Positions 43,430-53,595 of a stretch of DNA of 64,000 nt are shown in pieces. Within the stretch, counting starts at the first letter, position 1; every line of letters begins with the position of its first letter. Both the position numbers and the translations under genes were made by a program. The notes under the pieces are model-generated. The model was not told the DNA's origin, did not search any database, and worked only from the letters and a program-made list of their open reading frames with translations. Source of the stretch: Nitrospirota bacterium (GTDB lineage Bacteria; Nitrospirota; UBA9217); NCBI GenBank assembly GCA_963818475.1, contig CAWFSF010000006.1, positions 480,001-544,000 of the forward strand, written 5' to 3'.

Positions 43430-44041
43430 TCACAGCCACTTCTTCAGGTCCAGGGTGAGCGCAGCCGGGATGATGGTGTCCACCTCGCGGATGCGTTTGC
43501 GGCCGGCTTTGACGAACATGGCTTTCTGGAGCTTCTTTTCCTCGTCGTAATGATCGAAGATCGGGTAATCGGACTCGGGGATGTCCTTCTTGAAATACCC
43601 GCAGCCTTCGAGCCGTACAGCGCGGCGGGGACCACGGATGGTGGGGCCGAAAATGCGGCAGATGTGCGGCCTGATATCGTAGACCATGCAGATGCCGTTC
43701 TCGAGCGCCGGGCAGGACATCTTGGCTGACCGGCGGGAAATGGCATCGATGGACGGCAGTGTTTTAAGCAGCGGGTCCTTGCGGGAAAAGGCTTTTTTCT
43801 TTTCCAGGATGTCCAGCTGTTCATTCGCCCGGGCGATCACGCGTTTGCGGACCTCGGCCGGGACTTTCTTCAGCGCCGACCGCAGATGGATTGCATCGAG
43901 CAGCGTGATGTCGAAGAACCCGACGGTACAGCATTCATTACACCCGCGCTTGCACTTGACGCCGTTCTTTTTGGTTGCCGCGCCGAAGGTACGGCTGGAC
44001 TTCTCAAGGAACGTTGCATACTTTTTTATGATACGGTTCAT
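43430..44041 (-). CDS. YkgJ-family cysteine-cluster (Zn/Fe-S) protein
   Basis: CKRGCNECC ... CPAL...CMVYDIRPHICR. Confidence 0.88.
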   Translation of the reverse strand: MNRIIKKYATFLEKSSRTFGAATKKNGVKCKRGCNECCTVGFFDITLLDAIHLRSALKKVPAEVRKRVIARANEQLDILEKKKAFSRKDPLLKTLPSIDAISRRSAKMSCPALENGICMVYDIRPHICRIFGPTIRGPRRAVRLEGCGYFKKDIPESDYPIFDHYDEEKKLQKAMFVKAGRKRIREVDTIIPAALTLDLKKWL

Positions 44042-44194
44042 TTACCAGTTACCTTTCATGAAGATGGTAGTGGATTATACGGTTCGATAGGGTGTTTGTC
44101 AATAAGCAACGGGGGAAGGGAAGCGCTGGAGAAAAGGAACTGTTTCAGGAGGAAGCGCGGAAGGCCGCTCCCTCCTGAATGAGGTCTCAAGTAT

Positions 44195-45844
44195 CTACGG
44201 CATCATCAGGTTCAGGTCAATGCCGGCTGCATCATCGGTGCTCAGGTCGACAAATCGGGGAACCGCTATCCCCCTGGTCGCGGGGTTCGCAGACGACCAG
44301 CCAACAACCTCCATTCCGTAGCATGCTCGGGGAAACGGAAGTTGTAATGTCCCGCCGGGGAGGTTCTCCATGGTGTAGGTCCCGCCCGATACAATCTGGG
44401 CATTCACGTTCATCGCATTCACGATCATGCCGCCGTGGACCGCGAAAAGGATGCCGCGGTCAAACCCTGTTCCCGGGGCAAAGGTCTCCGGCACCATGAT
44501 CGAACCCGAAACGCTGCGAGCAGTGAGCGGCGCCATCACGTTCAGCACGCCGAGCGAAAGAGTGCCTGTTGAGGAGGAAACCAGCGCGGAGCTGAGGTCG
44601 AGATTATAGAGAGGGGCTCCTGCAACCGCCTTGTATCCGCCGGTACCTTCAACAGGGATGACCGTGGAAAGGGTGATGACCGAAGCGTCATAGGTACCGA
44701 CCTGGAGCGGGTCCGATGACAGCGGAAATCCGAGGATCTGCCCGGTGAGCGGATTAAAATGCCTGAACCTGATGTCGTACGGGACTTCGCCAATGCCCTG
44801 CAGTGTCTGCATGAAATTCACCCATGCGCCGGTCGGTGATGTTATGGTCGCATCCAGCATATGGTCCGGAAAGGTCGCCGGAGTCATGGTGATCTCCGGG
44901 ACAACGGTAGGCTGCGACTGCGGCGTCGTGCCTTTTACGACCGGAACGCCTTTCACGATGACGGTCTCGTAGTTGATCCCGCGCATCACGAGGTCATAGG
45001 TTCCGGGAGCGAGCGGGAACAGGATGAATTTCCCGGTCTGGTCAGCCATCGCGGTGACGCGACGCACGACATGGACCAGGCCGTTCGGAGCTATCTGTTC
45101 CGCCTTGAACACGAATTGTGCCGAGTGGTTGTTTCCGGCTGCCGTTGCGTCGATATGGCCGATGATCGCGCCCGCGTTGTCGAGATCGAAATGAGTCAAT
45201 CGAGGCTTTAGAATATACTCTGTATTACCGTTCCGGTCGATCTTGACCACGTCATGGCCTGCGTCGAAATCAATAGCGAGTTTCAGTTTTGCGTTCTTTT
45301 TGACGCTGAACTCGCCGGTCAGGCTTATGCCGCGGCCCGCATCAGGCACGCGCAGGGGGTAGACCGTCGCATCGTCAGTGACGTCCACCTGATTGTTGTA
45401 GGTAAGATTTTCGGTTGATGACGAGTCGGTCAGGTTGTCTTCGGTCCTTACGAGGAAGATCCGGATCTGGGTATAGTCACCCTCGGGAAGCTCGATATCG
45501 TCCCAGACCGGTACGCTGATCGCGCCGTTACCGAGTTCGAGAAGATCGAGAGTAATGGGGGAGGACAGGGGGAACTTGACCCATCCGGTCTGTTCGGACT
45601 CTGCTGTGCTGCTCGTATGGAACCAGAGGTCCCGAACAGTTATCCAAACATGGTCAAGCCCATAGGCAGGCGCATCCGTGAGGCTCACCGACACGATGCC
45701 TTTGCTTTGGCTTCCCGCGACCGTGCTATTGCTATTACCCGCGCTGCATCCCTGGATGATAACGAACAAGACCGCGACGATCCACAGACAATACCTGTCG
45801 ATACATAATAATCCTCCTTTTTGTATTTTATTTATTGGCATCAT
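44195..45844 (-). CDS. DUF4382-like lipoprotein with C-terminal beta domains
   Basis: Lipobox IQGC; LTDAP, DLLEL, YTQIR, IDFDA, YILKP. Confidence 0.75.
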   Translation of the reverse strand: MMPINKIQKGGLLCIDRYCLWIVAVLFVIIQGCSAGNSNSTVAGSQSKGIVSVSLTDAPAYGLDHVWITVRDLWFHTSSTAESEQTGWVKFPLSSPITLDLLELGNGAISVPVWDDIELPEGDYTQIRIFLVRTEDNLTDSSSTENLTYNNQVDVTDDATVYPLRVPDAGRGISLTGEFSVKKNAKLKLAIDFDAGHDVVKIDRNGNTEYILKPRLTHFDLDNAGAIIGHIDATAAGNNHSAQFVFKAEQIAPNGLVHVVRRVTAMADQTGKFILFPLAPGTYDLVMRGINYETVIVKGVPVVKGTTPQSQPTVVPEITMTPATFPDHMLDATITSPTGAWVNFMQTLQGIGEVPYDIRFRHFNPLTGQILGFPLSSDPLQVGTYDASVITLSTVIPVEGTGGYKAVAGAPLYNLDLSSALVSSSTGTLSLGVLNVMAPLTARSVSGSIMVPETFAPGTGFDRGILFAVHGGMIVNAMNVNAQIVSGGTYTMENLPGGTLQLPFPRACYGMEVVGWSSANPATRGIAVPRFVDLSTDDAAGIDLNLMMP

Positions 45845-45850
45845 GCATGA

Positions 45851-45877
45851 TTAGACCATGGAACGTCGAAAAGGTTT
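45851..45877 (-). promoter_or_regulatory. ECF-type promoter
   Basis: AACC-TTTTC...(N16)-GTCTAA, 6 nt before ATG; matches 47914-47940. Confidence 0.7.
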
Positions 45878-45902
45878 AATCAGATCTATTCTTAAAAGAA
45901 AT

Positions 45903-45933
45903 AAAAAAACCTGAGCTGTGTTCTGCTCAGGCT
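45903..45933 (-). terminator. Intrinsic terminator of the ECF operon
   Basis: gcctgagc / gctcaggt followed by a T-run on the minus strand. Confidence 0.75.
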
Positions 45934-45968
45934 TGGGAGTGAGGATCAGGGAAGGTAACGTTGTTGCT

Positions 45969-46619
45969 TTATTGTCGGGGCGGGCGGGACTGCATGTCCC
46001 TCTCGGGATATTCGTTCATCGGGCCGCCCCTCCTGCCGGGACCTCCTGGCCCCATGCCGTCTCTGCCCTGGCCCTTGCCGCGTGCGCCGGAGATCATATC
46101 GCGCATCTCGCGCTGGAAGTCCTGCTGGAAGAGCAGGAATCGGGCCTGCTGTTCGATCGTAAGGATGTCTTTCAGCCCTTTCATCTCCTGGTCCTTCAAT
46201 CCCTGCATCTCATGGTGGTTCTTCTCGAGCTTTTCGAGCAGGGGCTTGATCTTTGCTCCATCCGGTTTTGCGGTTTTCAGCAGGGACCGCAGGTCTCTCA
46301 TGGCCTCCATCTGATCTCGCATGGTATCACGACGCTTCTGGTCAAGCGAGCTTAAGAGCGACGAGAGCTTTGCGCTCGAATTGGTGTCGAGCTTCAGTTC
46401 TTCGGTGAGACGCCAGATCCGTACTGCTTCTATCTTCTTCCTGACCTCTTCACGCCGTTCTTCAGAGGGAGGTCCACCCTGCCCCGGCTCAGGGGAGAAT
46501 GCACCTGCTTCCCGCTGTGGCTCATCGGCCATTGGTCCGGACATCTGCCGTTGGGCAAAGGCGGGCATGCCGGTCATGGTCAGCACGATCGTCAGTATCA
46601 GTATTTGCGGTATCTTCAT
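45969..46619 (-). CDS. Spy/CpxP-like periplasmic helical protein
   Basis: Signal peptide, LTIEQQ (LTxxQ) motif, Gly/Met-rich tail. Confidence 0.78.
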   Translation of the reverse strand: MKIPQILILTIVLTMTGMPAFAQRQMSGPMADEPQREAGAFSPEPGQGGPPSEERREEVRKKIEAVRIWRLTEELKLDTNSSAKLSSLLSSLDQKRRDTMRDQMEAMRDLRSLLKTAKPDGAKIKPLLEKLEKNHHEMQGLKDQEMKGLKDILTIEQQARFLLFQQDFQREMRDMISGARGKGQGRDGMGPGGPGRRGGPMNEYPERDMQSRPPRQ

Positions 46620-46665
46620 ACAATGCCTCCTGCTGCATCAGTAGTTAGTCGTCTCACGTGAGCGG

Positions 46666-47334
46666 TCATCCGAGACGCTTTTCGTTCGAGGTTTTTTTTC
46701 GGAGCTTTTCCCGTGCATCCTGCTCCTTCTTTTTAAGCATTTCGTAGACCCGGTCAAGCTCATGAGTGGTGAGCTCGGAAAGTTCCTCAGAGAGGTCCCG
46801 TGAGGTGTGCTCCTGCGTGTTATTCGTGATCGCTTCCTCTATGGGGGCGAACTCGTTCTGCGCCCACTGCGTAGCAGCATCGAACTCCTCGGAGGAGAGC
46901 TCAGCAAGGTTCACCGGCTCCGCAGCACTGTCTTCTATTGCCGTTCCGGTTGCGGGCTGGGTCATGCGGGCAACGTCCACCGGAATGGAGCGGACCATGA
47001 ACCACGAGATCGCGGTAATGACGATGACCGCAGCCGTTGCCCATGCAAAGCGCGGCATGGACATCCAGCCCAGGAAGTCAGAGAGCGCAAACCGCTTTTT
47101 TTCCTGTTGCTTGCCGACCTGAATTTCCCGGTAGATCCGTTCAGGCATTCCTGTCCAGAAGGCCTCGTCCGGAACCGGCACGGGATCATCGGCTATTATG
47201 CTCAGCAGTGTCAATTCCGCCCGGCAGTCCTCGCAGGAGGCGAGGTGCTGCTCGACGCGGGTGCGGGTGGCCGGATCGAGCGTTCTCTCTAGATACGCCG
47301 GGAGGAGCTCTTGCATGTTGGTATCGTTGCACAT
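46666..47334 (-). CDS. Zinc-binding anti-sigma factor
   Basis: HLASCEDC (HxxxCxxC), one TM. Confidence 0.88.
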   Translation of the reverse strand: MCNDTNMQELLPAYLERTLDPATRTRVEQHLASCEDCRAELTLLSIIADDPVPVPDEAFWTGMPERIYREIQVGKQQEKKRFALSDFLGWMSMPRFAWATAAVIVITAISWFMVRSIPVDVARMTQPATGTAIEDSAAEPVNLAELSSEEFDAATQWAQNEFAPIEEAITNNTQEHTSRDLSEELSELTTHELDRVYEMLKKKEQDAREKLRKKTSNEKRLG

Positions 47335-47351
47335 GGCAGTGGGTGCCCTGA

Positions 47352-47909
47352 CTACGGGCTAGTTTCCTTTTCCTTCAGCAGTGTCTTCATTTTCTGCACA
47401 GCATGATGATAATTTGCCTTTGCAGTGCCGAGAGAGCACTGCATGACGTTCGCGATCTCCTCGAATTTCAAACCGTTCTGCACCCTGAGCATGAGGGTCA
47501 TTCGCTGCTTTTCCGGCAGCGAGTCGACCGCCTGCAGGAGCAGGTGATGGTGTTCCTTGCGGATCAGGACATCGAGCGTCCTGGGGTCTTTCCTGATCAC
47601 GACATCATCGAACGAAACGTACTGGACCTTCGCGCGGTCACGATAGGTGTTCTTTGCCAGGTTGATCGCGATCTGGTAGAGCCAGGTTTTGAAGCTCGAC
47701 CGTCCTTCGAATCCGGATAAGCCGGTGAATGCCTTGACAAAGGTCTTTTGCAGGATATCAGCGGCATCCTCGTGATTGCTCACCATCCGGTAGACCAGGG
47801 CGTAAAGGGGTTTCTGGTGTTTTTGCACCAGCGCATTGAACGCCTCCCGGTCGCCTGCGGCATATCTGTCGATCAGTTCGTTATCCTGGTCCATAAGAAG
47901 GCCATTCAT
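47352..47909 (-). CDS. ECF RNA polymerase sigma factor
   Basis: DAADILQKTF, FKTWLYQIAIN, region 4 FEEIA...GTAK. Confidence 0.93.
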   Translation of the reverse strand: MNGLLMDQDNELIDRYAAGDREAFNALVQKHQKPLYALVYRMVSNHEDAADILQKTFVKAFTGLSGFEGRSSFKTWLYQIAINLAKNTYRDRAKVQYVSFDDVVIRKDPRTLDVLIRKEHHHLLLQAVDSLPEKQRMTLMLRVQNGLKFEEIANVMQCSLGTAKANYHHAVQKMKTLLKEKETSP

Positions 47910-47913
47910 CTTT

Positions 47914-47940
47914 TGAGACACCGACAAGGGGAAAAGGTTA
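47914..47940 (-). promoter_or_regulatory. ECF-type autoregulatory promoter
   Basis: AACC-TTTTC...(N16)-GTCTCA just before the sigma gene. Confidence 0.7.
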
Positions 47941-47992
47941 AATGCAGCAGCGATTGGATGGGGCACCGGACAGAACGGCGAGCCAGAGGAGG

Positions 47993-50218
47993 TTAGTGCT
48001 TTGGCTGGGGTACTGCGGTAGCCGCGGCATCCCGGATGTCGCTATAGAGGCAGACCTTGTTCCTGCCCGTGTTTTTAGCATGGTAGAGCGCCTGGTCGGT
48101 CTGTGCAATGAGCACTTCCTTTTTCCCACACCCCTGATAGTAGGATGCCACGCCGATGCTCACCGTTTTTTTCAGCGTGATCGCTCCGGCAGTGATCACC
48201 GTGCTTTCTACCGTCTTCCGGATGCGTTCAGCCATTATCTTTGCGCCTGCCGTGTCCGCGCCCACCATGCCGATGGCAAACTCTTCTCCTCCATAACGCG
48301 CGACAAAATCGATGCTGCGCGCCATCTGGCGAATGACGCCGGCCACGGCCTTGAGCGCTACGTCCCCGACCGGGTGGCCGTGCTCGTCGTTCACCTTTTT
48401 GAAGTGATCGATATCGAAGAGAAGCAGCGAAAAGTTTTGATATTCGGCGCGATCGAGCCGTTTGAACTCCTCATCCATTTTTTCCATGAATGTCCGGTGA
48501 TTCAGTAGTCCGGTCAGGCCGTCGTGATGGGCCATGTTCTTGATCTGCCGGTGCAGGATGGCGTTGTCCATCACGACCGCGACCTGGTTCATCAGCGTAT
48601 CGAGGAAACTGCGCTGCGGTTCCGAGAATGCGTCAGGCCTGGATCGATCCCGAGAAAAAAGGCGCCAATGAACTTTTTACCGGCCACGAGGGGCCAGCAT
48701 GAAAGAGTATGGATCTGCTGCTGGAGTCTATTCCTTCCGCCGAACAGGTTTATTTCCCCGCTGCGCTCACCTAGGTCGGGAAAGTGATATGACAGTGTTC
48801 GACCGTTTTTCCACTCTTTCAACATTTGGCTCAGGATTCCACTCTGCGCCACAGGAAAGGGCTTCTCCGCCGTCTGGTCTTCCTCGGTTTTCCCTAAAAA
48901 TGTCTTGAATGACGATAGGAGATGTTCTAGAAACTTCGCCCGATCGTCGCTCTGTATTGCTGTGCCGCTGAGATGCAGGACAATTGCTTCTCCGGATTTC
49001 TCATCATAGCGAAGGAAAACACACAGCTCGTTAGGCACCGCGGTGCTGAGAAGGGTTGTCAGTCTGTCCAGGATTGCATCGAGATCAAGGCTGCTGCTCA
49101 GGACACCGCTCATCTCGTGGAGAGATTCGAAATGCGACGCCCGTACATTCAGCTCCTGGGCGATCTGTATTCTCTCGATGATCTGGATGAAAAAAGGAGT
49201 GAAGCGTTCAAGAATATGTTGAGTCTCGGCGGAAAATGCACCAGGTTCCAGGCTGTCCACTGCCAGAACGCCCAGGACGTTTGCGCTGCTATCAATGATG
49301 GGAAAGGCAAAAAAGGAGCGTATCGGCTCCTCCCCTTGATAATAACCAAGCGTTGTCGTCGGAAGGGACATATCATCGATGTACTTGGGTTCTCTATTCT
49401 TTGCACAGGAGCCGATGATCCACTGTTCCTGCGCAAGATCAAAATCCGGTGTTGCGCCGATTTTGGCGATCGAGAGGCTATCGCTGCGTATCGCCCGGAG
49501 GGCCAGGACGTCTTTCCCCGACCGATGTTCCCGAAGAAAGAGCGCATAGGTATGGGCGGGGACCAGTTCGTAGATGAATTCGAGAAGCCCATTGAAGGTG
49601 ACCTCGCGCCTTAACGCTGCATCCACGTTCGCCGCCTGACGGCCGGTCTGCGTAAGTGTAGAAAGCTTTGTCTTATCGGACAGAGGGTCGACTGCGCTGG
49701 CATGTGCCAGCAGCTGCTCATGGGCCTCCCGGACCTGTTGTTCTTTTGCCCGGACGCGGTTCATGATATGCGCCGTCACGAGCGAGACGCCGGCAAGGGA
49801 CAGGGCATATCCGGCGTATACTTCCCACCGGAACGCCTGGACCTGTTTCGGCGCGATAAGGTTCGCGGTCTCGATGCCAAGGATGAGGCCGACGGCCGCG
49901 TAGGTCTTGTCCAGCGGGTACCGGGAAAAGGCTGCGATGAGCACGGTGAACAGGAAGTAGGCGGGCCAGAGCGACGAGTGGATGCCGCCGGTAACCTGCA
50001 CGACAAAATTGAGCAGGATGATGCCGAGGGTTATATAGGGGAAGGCTTTGAGCTGGTCAGGGGAAATGAATGAGGCATAGAAGATGGAGAAGGCGAGCAG
50101 AACGTATCCCGCAAGCCAGAACATCATGAGTGAGGCCGAAGGGGTCCTGGCTGAGGAACAATCCAAGGCTGGAAGAAATACTGTACAGGACCAGGCCGAG
50201 GAAGATGAACTTTTTCAA
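47993..50218 (-). CDS. Membrane-anchored GAF-GAF-GGDEF diguanylate cyclase (apparent frameshifts ~50135 and ~48645)
   Basis: TM N-terminus, two GAF-like regions, DGLTGL, DIDHFK, RSID I-site, GGEEF. Confidence 0.85.
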
Positions 50219-50494
50219 ACCTTTTTTCTCCTGCTCGAGTTCCTCTTCCACGTACTTGCGATAGAGGACATCCCATTCGCGGCTTCCCTCGGGCACCCTG
50301 CGGGACAGGGACTGGATCGTGCGCCGTGCCGCCGCGTCCGCCTCGTCTTCGTATTGGAGCTCGGCGGTAATGGTCCGCTTGATCTCCCGGAGCAGGCGCT
50401 CCTCGGGCTGGAGCGGTTCCACGATGCCTTCTTTCAGGATAGTATCAAGGATCGTGTGTGACAGATGGGAGATGCGGTCTTCACTGAGTTTCAT
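50215..50494 (-). CDS. DUF507-family protein (apparent +1 near 50237)
   Basis: MKLSEDRISHLSH...VPEGSREWDVLY. Confidence 0.75.
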
Positions 50495-50563
50495 GATTGA
50501 TTACCTGCCTGCTGTTCTTAGAATGTGGCCATGCATGCATTGGCTGGCACGCATCTGGCCTGA

Positions 50564-50845
50564 TCAGAGGACCATTCCCCGGTCTTTTGCCAGTTTTTTC
50601 TTGGTCAGATCGAACACCTTGCGGTAGTCCATATTGCCCCTGGCGATCTCGTCCTCGTGTGCCGCCAGGATCTTCTCGACGTCCTTGTTGAGCTTGTCCT
50701 CGGCAAGCATGTCAGCGGTGATGACCTCGGCGATCTTCGCGGCAACCGCGCCGCGCGATTTTGGCGCATTCACCATGCCTTTGGTCTCAAGGCTTATGGC
50801 TACTTCGTCAGCGAGCAGTTTGATCATTTCCTTCGAGAGCCGCAT
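50564..50845 (-). CDS. DUF507-family protein
   Basis: MRLSKE...DYRKVF...KKLAKDRGMVL. Confidence 0.8.
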   Translation of the reverse strand: MRLSKEMIKLLADEVAISLETKGMVNAPKSRGAVAAKIAEVITADMLAEDKLNKDVEKILAAHEDEIARGNMDYRKVFDLTKKKLAKDRGMVL

Positions 50846-50945
50846 GGTTTTCCTTCGTGCCGCAGGTTGATTCGCTTCGAAACTTTTGATTGCCGCACAA
50901 CTGACGCCTATTATACCAAAAAACCGTCAAGCGGCGAAAAAAAGT

Positions 50946-51890
50946 TCATTCGGGCTTTTTCTGTTCAGTGACCCGGACCTTGCGGAAGTCCGCCCAGATA
51001 TCCACGACGCCGAGCGCGGTGACGCAGACAACGACCGGGAGGGCCAGAATGATGGCGTGCAGCATGCCCCGGACCGCGGTGTGGATGCCGGCTTTTCTGA
51101 AGTAATGCTCCACGACGGCGATCCCCTGTGCCGTGTAGAGGACGCCGAAGAGGATTGCTGCGTTCCAGCTGATGATATGTGCAGCCTCTTGCGGGATCAC
51201 GGCGCAGGCCAGGGTTGCTATGAGGCCCCAGACCCAGACGTCCGGTGCATGCCATTGGGCGAGCGTCGGCTGATCAGGAGCCGGACCCTGTTTGCGGGCG
51301 ATCACGGTCCGGGCCAAGCCGTAACAGCAGGCGGCCTGCACCACGGAGGTCGCGACAACGATGCCCGGCAGAAGACGTACGAGATAGTAAATGAATCTGT
51401 CCGAGATGCCGGTGATCGTGGCTGTCATTTCGGTCAGTCCCAGGGTCGTGTACATTTTTGCCGCTTCGGCGAGGCTGTTCCGCAGGTATTCTTCGACTGC
51501 TGCGACAGGGCTTTTGCCCAGGTGCGCGAAGTAGGCGGCCAGTGCGATGCCGATCGCTGCGATCGGCAGGAGACCGCCGATCAGTGCCGCTCCTTCGGGC
51601 CTGGACCTTCGCAGCATGGCCTCGGCAATTCCGATCGCCATCAGACCGAAGGTGAGGAAAAGCAGGACAGCGCCCTGCCAGCCCGCAATGACGGAAACGA
51701 GCATGCAGGCGAGGCCGATCGAAGCGAGGCCCTCCCGTCTGCCGTTCCGTATGTAGGCGATAATGGGCGGGACCGGTGAGAACACGGCGGCCAGCAGGCC
51801 GAGCACCGGTATGATCAAACCTGCCAGATAGAGGCCTGCGGCCTGCATGGCGCTGACGACGATGGCTCGATAGTTCAATGACGTCTCCAA
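50946..51890 (-). CDS. YybS/DUF2232 membrane protein
   Basis: Multi-TM, QGIAV, GVVDIWADFRK; follows rpsR. Confidence 0.85.
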   Translation of the reverse strand: METSLNYRAIVVSAMQAAGLYLAGLIIPVLGLLAAVFSPVPPIIAYIRNGRREGLASIGLACMLVSVIAGWQGAVLLFLTFGLMAIGIAEAMLRRSRPEGAALIGGLLPIAAIGIALAAYFAHLGKSPVAAVEEYLRNSLAEAAKMYTTLGLTEMTATITGISDRFIYYLVRLLPGIVVATSVVQAACCYGLARTVIARKQGPAPDQPTLAQWHAPDVWVWGLIATLACAVIPQEAAHIISWNAAILFGVLYTAQGIAVVEHYFRKAGIHTAVRGMLHAIILALPVVVCVTALGVVDIWADFRKVRVTEQKKPE

Positions 51891-51973
51891 AAAAAAGGGA
51901 AACTCATGGTCACCGTATCAGTAACCGCCTGAGTTCCCCTGTTGCATTCAGACTGCCCGTGCTGTTCCCCGGC

Positions 51974-52315
51974 TTACTTCTCGCCCGAGAACGGCAGGAT
52001 CGCGATGTTCCTGCCCCGCTGGATGGCGACCGTGACGTCCCGCTGGTGGCGGGCGCAGTTGCCGGAGATGCGGCGGGGAAGGATCTTGCCCCGCTCGGTG
52101 ATGAAGAACCGGAGGGTCTTGATGTCCTTGTAATCGATGAACGGCGCTTTGTCCACGCAGAACCGGCATACTTTCCGCCGGACCGTGAAACGCCTTTTTT
52201 TAGGATCTCCGCCGCCTCGGGAATCGCGGCTGTCGCGCGAACCGCCGGGGCGGTCGCCTGAAGGCCTCGGACCGGACGGTCTTGAGCCGGCCGGCCTTGG
52301 GGTAAACTCTGCCAT
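51974..52315 (-). CDS. rpsR: 30S ribosomal protein S18 (Zn-binding type, N-terminal extension)
   Basis: [25 protein letters not shown]. Confidence 0.97.
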   Translation of the reverse strand: MAEFTPRPAGSRPSGPRPSGDRPGGSRDSRDSRGGGDPKKRRFTVRRKVCRFCVDKAPFIDYKDIKTLRFFITERGKILPRRISGNCARHQRDVTVAIQRGRNIAILPFSGEK

Positions 52316-52364
52316 AGTAAACTCCTCGTTAAATAGTTAGTGGGTGTACCGGTACCATACTGCC

Positions 52365-52775
52365 TTAAAAGGGGATATCTCCCTCGTCAACCGGGGATTC
52401 CGGGGCCTGTTCGGCCTGGCTATGCCCGCTGCCGCCGGACGATTGGCGTTTCGGCATGAACGTCACCGACTGCGCCGCGACCTCGACCTTGCTCCGCTTC
52501 TGGCCGGTGTCCTTGTCGTCCCATCGGCGTTGCTGCAGCCTGCCTTCGATCAGCGCCGCATCTCCCTTGTTGAGATACTGGCCGCAGTTTTCGGCCTGCT
52601 TGCCGAAGACGACGATGTCGATGTAGCTGACCTCTTCCTTGGTCTCGTCGCCCTGCTTGTACTTGCGGTTGACCGCGATGGCAAAGTTCGCCACAGCGCT
52701 GCCGTTCGGTGTGTAGCGTACCTCGGGATCGCGTGTGAGATTTCCCATCAATATCACTTTGTTAAAGCTCGTCAT
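52365..52775 (-). CDS. ssb: Single-stranded DNA-binding protein
   Basis: NKVILMGNLTRDPE; C-terminal DIPF. Confidence 0.97.
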   Translation of the reverse strand: MTSFNKVILMGNLTRDPEVRYTPNGSAVANFAIAVNRKYKQGDETKEEVSYIDIVVFGKQAENCGQYLNKGDAALIEGRLQQRRWDDKDTGQKRSKVEVAAQSVTFMPKRQSSGGSGHSQAEQAPESPVDEGDIPF

Positions 52776-52841
52776 GGTACGGCCTCGATGGTCGCCGGTC
52801 TCCGCTTATGCAAGCGGGCTCCGGCTGTTAAGTGCTTCCGC

Positions 52842-53219
52842 TTAGGCAGTTGCGTCGGATGCGGCTGCTGCTGCCTTGGCAAGGTCTTTTTTCTTCGGCT
52901 TGGGCGGCTGCTTGAGCCGCAGCTCTTTTTCGAGCTTGATGGTCATGAATTTGATCACGGAGTCCGTGAGCTTGTAGGTGCGCTCAAGCTCATGGATCAA
53001 GGGCGCCGGAGCCTTGAACTGGAAGAACGCGTAGTGGCCGCGCTTCTGTTTCTTGATCTCGTAGGCCAGCTTCTTTTTGCCCCAGTCCTCGAACTTGACC
53101 ATTTCTCCGCCCTGGTTCGTAATAACGTCCTGCATCTTCTTGATGACGTTGGCGGTTTCTTCGTCCGTGATATTGGGGTTGATGATGAAGATTGATTCGT
53201 AGATATGCATTGCTGACAT
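52842..53219 (-). CDS. rpsF: 30S ribosomal protein S6
   Basis: YESIFI, WGKKKLAYEI; GGAGG RBS. Confidence 0.96.
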   Translation of the reverse strand: MSAMHIYESIFIINPNITDEETANVIKKMQDVITNQGGEMVKFEDWGKKKLAYEIKKQKRGHYAFFQFKAPAPLIHELERTYKLTDSVIKFMTIKLEKELRLKQPPKPKKKDLAKAAAAASDATA

Positions 53220-53226
53220 TGCTGAT

Positions 53227-53280
53227 ACCTCCCTATGGGTTATAGCCCCCTGTGTCTGGTGCATACAGGGAGCAAGGAGT
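53227..53280 (-). promoter_or_regulatory. Probable S6:S18-binding leader RNA
   Basis: ctccttgctccctgt...acagggggc...gggagg, an anti-SD stem plus hairpin resembling known rpsF leaders. Confidence 0.55.
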
Positions 53281-53423
53281 AATCCCGGTACAACGCCTCG
53301 GGAATCGACCTTACTCATTTGTGAAGCAGAACAATATCATAGGACAAGCTTTAAATCAAGCATTTTCGTGACTATTCAACACCTCTGAACCCGGGAGGGT
53401 TGTAAACCGGAGAAAGGCCCTTT

Positions 53424-53572
53424 TGGCCGCAGATTTCGCAGAGACCCCGAATTGAAAAATAATCCAGGTCTAGTCAACCGCGAATGAAACGCGAATACAC
53501 GCTAATATTTCTTCTGAATTCGCGTCCATTCGCGTCTATTAGCGGTTATTTCCGCGGATAATGTTTTGACCT
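53424..53572. repeat. Composite palindromic elements (inner one at 53476-53547)
   Basis: Inner part matches 9989-10062; flanks resemble 55629-55730. Confidence 0.7.
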
Positions 53573-53595
53573 GAAAGTCAGGAGTTTCTCGATTT

